Under the pieces are notes generated by a model. It saw nothing but the letters and a program-made list of their open reading frames with translations, had not been told where the DNA came from and did no database searches. The position numbers were made by a program, and so were the translations under genes. 64,000 bases of DNA from the human T2T-CHM13v2.0 reference genome, Homo sapiens, in assembly GCF_009914755.1 (NCBI RefSeq), contig NC_060936.1. One strand, given 5' to 3'. Each line of letters starts with the position of its first letter. The stretch's first letter is position 1. Positions 54,531 to 64,000 of this stretch are shown in pieces.

Positions 54531-55257
54531 GAACTTGCCATGAGCGCTTCTGTTCCGGTAATGTTCCTGTTGGCCTCCAGGGGATGCTCAAGCTTCTACT
54601 TCCTCCTCTCACAACATCTAATAGCAGTTCTTGACCTGACTATGCATTCAAATCTCCTAGGGGTAAATACATAACTGTGTACGTCTGCATTATATTTATA
54701 AAATATGTATCTGTGTGTACATACACATATATACAAACACATACATGTCCAGGGAAGAAGACAGGACATCTCTCTTTTATAGGTTCCCTAGCATAACACA
54801 CAGCAGCGCAACCCTAATGCACAGCAGAATTGAAAGCCACTGCAGTCGAAGAACAGCTAGGAAGGGTCAAGGCCAAGGACTTTGGAGATGATGCAGCTAG
54901 GAAATGGATGTTTCTGAGGGAGACGTAAAGTAGTTACAAGTTCTAGTGCCCAAGTTTGGAGTCTGTTCCTTGGGAACCCTTTATTTTAGGTTCTGTCTCT
55001 TTGTAGGAGCCCTCTCTTGGCTTATTAAAATCCTAGCCATACCCCAGCTCCTGGACTCTGAACTTGCCTCTGCCACTTTCTTGCAGCCTAGATTCCCTGA
55101 TGAGAGGCCCTGACTCCCTGCAGGGACCCACCTTGTCACTGGTGCTGTCTTCAGCTAGTTCTGGGTAGAGGACGTGGATGGCCACAGAAGCGCCAGGCCT
55201 GCACCTCATGGCTGACCTTCCAGTAGCAATACCAAAGTGCAGAACAGATGTCCTGCC

Positions 55258-55558
55258 TTTTATTATTTTTTTTTTAGACAGGGTCTTGCTCTGTCACCCA
55301 GGCTGCAGTAGAGTGGTGTAACCATAGTTCACTGTAACATTAACTTAACTTAGGCTCAAGCAATCCTCCTATCTCAGCTTTCCAAGTAGATAGGAATATA
55401 GGTGCATGTCACTATGCTCAACTAATTTTTCAATTTTCTGTAGAAATGGGGTCTCACTATGCTGCCCAGGCTGATCTCAAATTTCTGGGCTCAAGTGACC
55501 CTCCCACCTTGACCTCCCAGCATGCTGGGATTACAGGCATGAGCTACCACACCCAGCC
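55258..55558 (-). mobile_element. AluJ
   Basis: AGACAGGGTCTTGCTC, GGCTCAAGCAATCCTCC; degenerate TSD AGATG(T/C)CC. Confidence 0.92.
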
Positions 55559-56389
55559 TAGATGCCCCACTTCTATCCACCCAAGAACATGACAAGGACC
55601 AGATTGGTCTTGCTTCAGCTAAAGACCCCTTTAAGTCCCAGGCTGAGATAAGACTGCTAGAAGCAGAATCTCTTTCCCCAAAACGAAAAATAAGCATGTC
55701 TTAGAGTTATTGACTACTACAGGCTGATCACACACTCACAGTTGAAAATCTTGTCCTTGTCTACCCTCAGTTTAGCTGACAAGGCCATTAGCCTGCCCCA
55801 GATGGGCCTGCTGCCCTCATAATGAGCAAAATGTAAATATTCTTTCCCCTCCCCCTTCCTCTCCAGGTTCTTCAGCTCCTCGTTTATTATTTTCCCAAAC
55901 TATGAAAGACCCGCAGAGAAAAGCATGCTCACTACCCTCCCCCTGCCCTGAATTAGGAATCCAAACAGTTAATAAATTATCTGGATGCAAATAAGAGCCT
56001 GACGGTTTTTGTTTTTTTTTTTTTTTTTTTCATGAGAGGTGAAATGTCCCCATTTATTCACTCACTTGTCACTCAAACGGGGCTGAGCACGTATTCACCA
56101 AACTTGGCAGCATTTCACTCTGAGACTGAAAACAAACATGATAAATTTCTCCTCCAGAGATAATTCTGGTGATGTGTATAGGCCACTGAAAATGAGAATG
56201 TTATGACTTTAGCGCTGTGATAATATATGGTAGTAATTATATTAACAAGGGAAATTACATCTCTCTTCAGCAATTTCAGCTCATACCACCCATATGAATA
56301 GTGGGCAGCAGCAAAAATGCTGAAATGGTACCAGTAAAATAGGAGGAGCAATATTTGCTGAATTTAGAACCTACTTTAATCACTTTTTT

Positions 56390-56620
56390 AAACTGTATTG
56401 AGCTCCTACTATGTGCCAAGCACCCAGTGAGCACAGTGGGGAACATGAGGATGAATCAGACATGGTCCATGACCTTAAGATGCTTACCACACATCAGGGA
56501 AATAAGAGATCCACATACATGATTGTAATGCCAGGTAGGAAGTGAGAGATGGTCAAAGGAGAGGTGCAGATAGAGTTCTATGAGAACTGAAAAGAGGAAG
56601 CTGTCGCTTCTAGATGAAAG
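56390..56620 (-). mobile_element. L2 3' fragment
   Basis: TATTGAGCTCCTACTATGTGCCAAGCAC...GACATGGTCC. Confidence 0.75.
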
Positions 56621-57129
56621 TATGATGAGGCTCTGGCTTGCCTGGAAAGCAATCAGGCACCCCGGAGGTGATGGACAAGCAACACCTTGCAGTTTTCCAG
56701 CATCAAGATAGGATGCAGATAATTAACACTGGAAATTCTGCCCACTGACCTAGCCCCAGAGAATATCCACCAGAATGCTCCACAGTTGGATGGCAATGAA
56801 AGCAAACCCCATATTCCATAGCTTCAAAAATCCTTCTGAAAAGCCTTTCACCAAGAACTTATAAATGTGTGGATTAATGGACTATAAATAGGGATTAAAT
56901 GCATGAGCAAAATTCCATAATTCATTCTGAAGCTTTATTGGAACGAAATTTGAGATACTCGCTCTGTTCACTTCTAGCAATTTGATCAGCTTTTGTTTTC
57001 TTCCTCCCATGTGCAAGAAGACATAGGGAATTCCAGAAGAAATAAGACACAGTCCAGACCCAGGGCCTTGGAATCTCATAGAGGAGAAAGAAGCATGCCC
57101 AAAATAATCATAAAGATGATCTTCTATTT

Positions 57130-57360
57130 TAACAACATGATCTGGTGAAAACAGTATATGGTTTGGAATCAGACAGAATTGGGCTACATTTCTGCTTTGA
57201 AGCCTATCAGCTTTGTAACCTAAAAAAAAATTATTGACTCTCTCTAGATTGGCATTCCTTTATCTGGAAAGTGTTCAAATCTTAGGACTGTGGGAAGGAT
57301 TAAATAGTATAGCATTATGGGAGCATTTTGTCTAATGTCTGCAGACATTTAATGAATCTG
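57130..57360 (+). mobile_element. MIR
   Basis: GGTTTGGAATCAGACAGA...GGATTAAAT. Confidence 0.6.
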
Positions 57361-57639
57361 TTGAAAAATATGTGAAAAATGGGATGTGTCATAAAAAAAT
57401 TATAAAGAAAATCGGAAAATTATCCTCAAAGAAAGAGACCATCTAAGAGTTGGAAGAACAGGAAAGGCTTCATGAAGGTGCCATTTGAACAGGATCTTGG
57501 AGGACTGGTAGGGATTTGTCAATATGTGGTCCATTTTGGCTTAGGAGGATGGAGTAAGCATGGCTGTGCCGAGATATGACGCTGTATTTTTAAGTGGCTA
57601 AAAATTCTGTATGGCAAAATATTTGGCTGAGTGATTCAC

Positions 57640-60100
57640 TCCAGGCAAATCAGTAATTAAACACGTATTGACCCCAAAATATCATACCCTAAATAATTAA
57701 AAATCCAATCATGGCCAGGGCAAACAACACCAGACAAGACAAAGAATGACAATTCTTCCAGAACATAGAAAAAAAGAGCTTCAAGAAGCTAACATAACAT
57801 TTATGCCACAATTTTTAAAAATTCAAACAAAAGACCAATCCTTCTTGCAAATATTAATGTAGAAGTACTGTAACACATGGAGAAACAGAATTCAGAAAGC
57901 ATTGTAAAAGGATAAAACATCATAACCAAAGGGAATTTACTCTGGAATTGAAGGAAGGTTAGGGTTAAATATTAGGAAATCTATTTATAAAATTCAAATT
58001 TAAAAAGTAAAAATTGTTTAAACAGATGAGAGGAGAAACATATGACCATCTCTATGGGTACTAAAAGGTCATGTGATAAGATATAATCTCTATTCTTAAC
58101 TTTAAAAAAACTGATAAAATATTAACAGACACCTCATTAATATGATAAATACGTAAACATATATATTAACACAAAAGTTAATATCACGATTAATAGGGAA
58201 ATACTAGTAGATTCCCACTAAATCTAGAACAAGTTCACTTGTGCCATAATATTTCATATTACCCTGGAGCATCTAGCTAGGCAATGAAATTAGGTAAATG
58301 AAATAAATGACAGAAAAAAAATGATTTGCAAATAAAATGATTGCCTAGAAACCCAAGAAAATAAACTGAGGAATTATTATAAACACTAAGAGAATTCAGT
58401 ATGGTACTGCTAAAAAAATTAATATATAAAAATCAATAGCCTTCATGTATACACATAACAATTACAAGAAATAATGGGAAAGACCCTCATTTTACAAAAG
58501 CAAAAATATATGTAATATACTTATGAATAAACTTTACAACAAATGTGCAGGAGCTATATAAAATAGTGTTAAAATGTCTTTAAGGGCAGGCATGGTGACT
58601 CACGCCTGTAATCCCAGCACTTTGGGAGGCCGAAGCAGGTAGATCACCTGAGGTCAGGAGTTTGAGACCAGCCTGGCCAGTGTGGCAAAACCCCATCTCT
58701 ACTAAATATACAAACATTAGCCAGGCTTGGTGGCGGGCACCTGTAATCCCAACTACTCGGGAGGCTGAGGCAGGGAGAATTGCTTGAACCCAGGTGGCAG
58801 AGGTTTCAGTGAGCTGAGATCTCACCACTGCACTCCAGCCTGGGCAACACAGCAAGACTCCTTTAAAAAAAAGAAAAAGTCTTTAAAAAGGCCCAAACAA
58901 AAGTGATTTAAACTAATGGAAAGGCACACCACATTCTTAGAAGGAAATCTTATCATCATAAAGATGTTAATTCTCATTCCGATTAGTAGTTTACACAAAC
59001 CCAAAAATCTACCAAGGGGATTTTTTTGGAAATAAAATAACTGATTTAAAGTTTATAAGGGAGAAAGAAGGAAGAATAGTAGAAGATTCTGCAGGGAAAA
59101 AGAATTATGATGTAAGATTAGCCCTACCAAACATTAAAATGTAAAATAAAGCTACAATAACTAAGTAATATGGTACAAAAACATAAAACAAATATGCAGA
59201 TAAATGAAAGACTAGGAAAGACCTGAGAAACACTCAAAAGCATATTGAAATGTATATACGCTAAAGATATTTTTGAATCAATGGTAAAGATAAGATATTG
59301 AGGATAAGTGAAACCTGGAGCTGGTTTCACTTCCCAATACTATTGGGACAACAAAATATCCATCAGAGAAAAACATTACATTGGATACCTACTTCACAAT
59401 TTCCACAAAAATATCTCCCAAATGGAGATTTGAAGGTGAAAAATGAAACCTTAAAAGAATTATAAGAAAAAAGGAAGAGGCATTTTATTTTTATTTTTTA
59501 TTATCTTCAAGTGCAGAAAGGCATTTCTAAGGATTATTTAAAAAACCCAAAAGTTATTAATACATTTGACTACATAAGAATATTTAAAGTCTCCATATAG
59601 AACAAAAAACAAGTTACAAAACCAACCTGAGAAAAATTTTTGCAACTCATAACAAAAAGATAATTTTTGTAGTATATGAAGAGCATCTACAAATAAATAA
59701 GTAAATGATGAATAATCCAATAGAAAACAATTAGCAAAACATATGAACAATTTACTAGACAAAATATAAATAGCAATGTAAATACATGAAAAACTGCTCA
59801 CCTTATCCATGATAAGAAAAACGTAAATTCAAACTGCAGCTCTATATTATTTTTCACCTAACAGATGGGCAAAGATCTGTAATGTTTGATAAAACACTCT
59901 TAACAAGGATGTGGGGAAATAGCCATTCTCTTACATTTCTAATGAAATTGTAAATTGCCACAACCACTAAGGAGAACAATCTGGTAACATCTATCAGCAG
60001 TTAAAATATCTACACACTTTAACACAATTGGATTTTTAAGGAATCGATCCTGCAGCCACCACAAATTAAATGCCATATGTTCAGAGATATTCACCACAAT
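57640..60100 (+). mobile_element. Old L1M (L1ME/MC-type) ORF2 3' region, split by an Alu
   Basis: A-rich degenerate ORF2: CCTAGAAACCCAAGA, AAAATCAATAGCCTTC, GCCCTACCAAACATTAAAA...AAAGCTACAATAA, CAAGGATGTGGGGAAA. Confidence 0.8.
58584..58874 (+). mobile_element. AluS (Sx-like)
   Basis: Full dimer; TSD AAAA(T/A)GTCTTTAA. Confidence 0.95.
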
Positions 60101-60499
60101 ATCATCCCTTTGACAGGGGCAAAAAGTGTACTTTTGGACTGTTTGAGAAGGTCCTATTTATCACACACACAGTAAATCGATTAAAGAGCACAAGGCACCT
60201 TTGTCACACAAGATCTGGCACTTAGCACAACATGGCACAAATTGTAATCCCAAACATCTATTCATAGGCCAAACACCATTCAGGTCCCAAGGAAAAACTT
60301 CTCCACATTCTTTGCACTATGTCTTCAAAATGAAAGGCAACTGTGTCCAAATACTATGGAAATTTGTGGGTTTTGCCACTGCAGGGAAGAAATAACCACT
60401 GCTTTGAAAAGCAGGAAAAATGTAAGCTATGGAAACATTCAGGCAAGAGCAAAGACAAATTAATTAACTTGTCCAACCTTCTCAGCAGGAATGCAATAG

Positions 60500-60823
<324 letters not shown>

Positions 60824-61164
60824 TAGCTGATCACACATGTTCTTGCTTTTTGTTTTTGAGGTTTTCTTCAAATTATGATAGTATCCACAGCAGCTGCTGA
60901 GTAACAATTGGTTGAGGAACATTTTCCAATGTAAACAGTGAATGTTACTTATTACTTCTAATTGTAGCACGATATGGATTCTTTACAACTGGGCCACTGA
61001 ATGAACATTGAACACCAGAACTAAACAGTTTTATTTTTATACTAAATGAGATTTTATTTAAATTGAAACATTTTAGTAATGTAATATTAATGTTTTAACT
61101 AAAATATTAAATGAGATTTAATTACATTTTTAAAATAAATATCTAAGGCATTCAACTAATTTAA

Positions 61165-61496
<332 letters not shown>

Positions 61497-61586
61497 TAAA
61501 ATTTTCCTTTTTAAAATTAAAAGTTTTTATTTAGATGGTTATTGTAAAAAAAAATAACTTTTTGAAGACATAAAGATTAATTGTAA

Positions 61587-61972
<386 letters not shown>

Positions 61973-61974
61973 TC

Positions 61975-62415
61975 AATTACATTTTTTATCCAAAAATCAT
62001 TATTGTCAATAGAACACAAGTATATGAAAATCTTGACTATAATAACGTAATAATTTTCCTAAAATTAAGTTGAGAAGTTTTATAGAATATATAATAAACT
62101 GTTAATTACATGCTCTATTGTTAATCCAAATATTGGTACTTCATTGCCAGAATACCCAGACATCTACAATAACAATTAAGTTTAGTTTTCTATATTTTGA
62201 CAATGTTCAGTTGTATAAAATTATAGCTTTATGCACATTTTTCCATTTCCATTTTAACAAATATATTTGTCAAAGTAAAAGGATAGGACATATTTTAGTT
62301 ACCAGTTTGTGAGCTTGATTCCTAACTTTGAGCTTGATTCATAGCTCTGACACCTTGTGTGGGGGCTCCATTTCTATTCCTGCCCTGAAAACCACAACTG
62401 TTATGGGAGGGTCTG
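61975..62415. mobile_element. Possible hAT-Tip100 (Zaphod/MER115-like) terminal fragment
   Basis: GGGGCTCCATTTCTATTCCTGCCC...CACAACTGTTATGGGAGGGTCTG resembles a Tip100 terminus; AT-rich interior; left extent uncertain. Confidence 0.35.
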
Positions 62416-62502
62416 AGTGCAACACTGTGTACAGTAGAAAAAATCCCACTGGATACTGAATGTCGACTATCATGGCACTTGCTAAATATACTATGTGTAA
62501 AA

Positions 62503-62876
62503 TGTTTTGTTTAGTTCTGGCTGCTATAACAAATTACCATAGACTGGGTGGCTTCAACAACAAACATTTATTTCTCGCAGTTCTGGAGGCTAAGAAGTTC
62601 AAGGGCAAGGTGCAGGCAGATCCAGTATCTTGTTAACCAGGGCCCACTTCCTGGTTTACAGATGGCCATCTTCTGGTTGCATGCTCCCATGGCAAAGCAG
62701 AGAGAGAAAGCAAGCTCTCATGTGTCTCATTATAAGGGCACTAATTCCATTCTTGAGGGCCCCACCTGCATGACCTAATTGCCTTCTAAAGGCCCTGCCG
62801 CCTAATATCATCATGTTGGAGGTTAGGATTCCAACATATAAATTTGGGAGAGACATAAGCATTCAGTGCATAACAT
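62503..62876 (-). mobile_element. MLT1A-like MaLR solo LTR
   Basis: GGCTGCTATAACAAATTACCATAGACTGGGTGGCTT...CATTCAGTGCATAACA. Confidence 0.88.
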
Positions 62877-63072
62877 TTTTAGAGGATGTATATGTTTGTG
62901 TATTGGTAGATATATGCAATATCTAGAATGATACACAAGAAACAGGTATCAACAGTTGCTTCTGGGAAATGAAACCTTCCAGAGTAAGGACTGCAGTGCC
63001 CCTAACACCAGAAGAGTTGCCATAAACATAGTAGATGCAATAAATAAATGTGTCAAATGGCTCAATCAATCA

Positions 63073-63459
<387 letters not shown>

Positions 63460-64000
63460 TTACTAATTATCCTTTTGTATATGTTGAATTTTGAACCATA
63501 TACATGTTTCCCTAATTCATGGGAGGAAAATTCCGATGACTGATAAATTTCAACATTCCAAGTAGTTCTGATATTATCACCTCACAACAAAATTCCATCA
63601 GACTCTCTTATCCTAACCATAAATTCTACTATTCAGTGTCCTGAAATTGGAATTATCAGTGGACTTATGCATACTACAATACACCATTATCTTATATATG
63701 TCTGGTTCTTTATAGCTAATCACATTCTATCATAAGCACAGTGTGGTTCATATATGGAGATTTCGAGAAAATGTCAATATCTCTAACTCACAGATAAAAA
63801 ACCTGCTAAAGTTTATGCAACTTCAGTGCTAAGTTCTGTTCACTTTCCATAACCCACATGGTTGTTATAAAACACATTCATGGTTGATTGTTTACATTGC
63901 TCTGGAAAGACAGCTTTATTCTGTGGAATAGACAGTAGATTCACTTCTTCACTAAATGGTCAGCATCCATTAATGTTACAGCATCCGTTAAAGCTGAATT

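Overview
Primate (human-like) non-coding genomic DNA, AT-rich and CpG-depleted. I recognise no cellular protein-coding exon, RNA gene or CRISPR array. Essentially all listed ORFs come from Alu, L1, LTR or simple repeats, or are chance ORFs. Much of the window is interspersed repeat: about 15 Alus (J, S and one Y), one ~6.5-kb full-length but inactivated L1PA7-like LINE (28851-35340), a 5'-truncated L1PA, old L1M/L2/MIR fragments, solo LTRs (MLT1, MST, THE1C, MLT2, LTR16, LTR18, MER34-like) and hAT/Tc2 MITEs. Repeat-free islands with homeodomain, FOX, ETS, AP-1 and RFX motifs lie between them and look like enhancers of a gene desert or large intron. The most unusual observations are DNA-repair or retroelement fossils: (1) a 91-bp templated copy inserted into an MLT1 LTR from 1 kb downstream; (2) a double snap-back insertion in an MLT2 LTR; (3) a full-length L1 with no target-site duplication, sitting between two inward-pointing truncated L2s; (4) an LTR18 whose terminus carries a relic tRNA-Ser primer-binding site. 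There is also a 327-bp pure-purine tract with (GGAA)14 and a few candidate minus-strand exons. I found no evidence for a new multi-gene system. Repeat family names come from my recall of consensus sequences, not from a database search.
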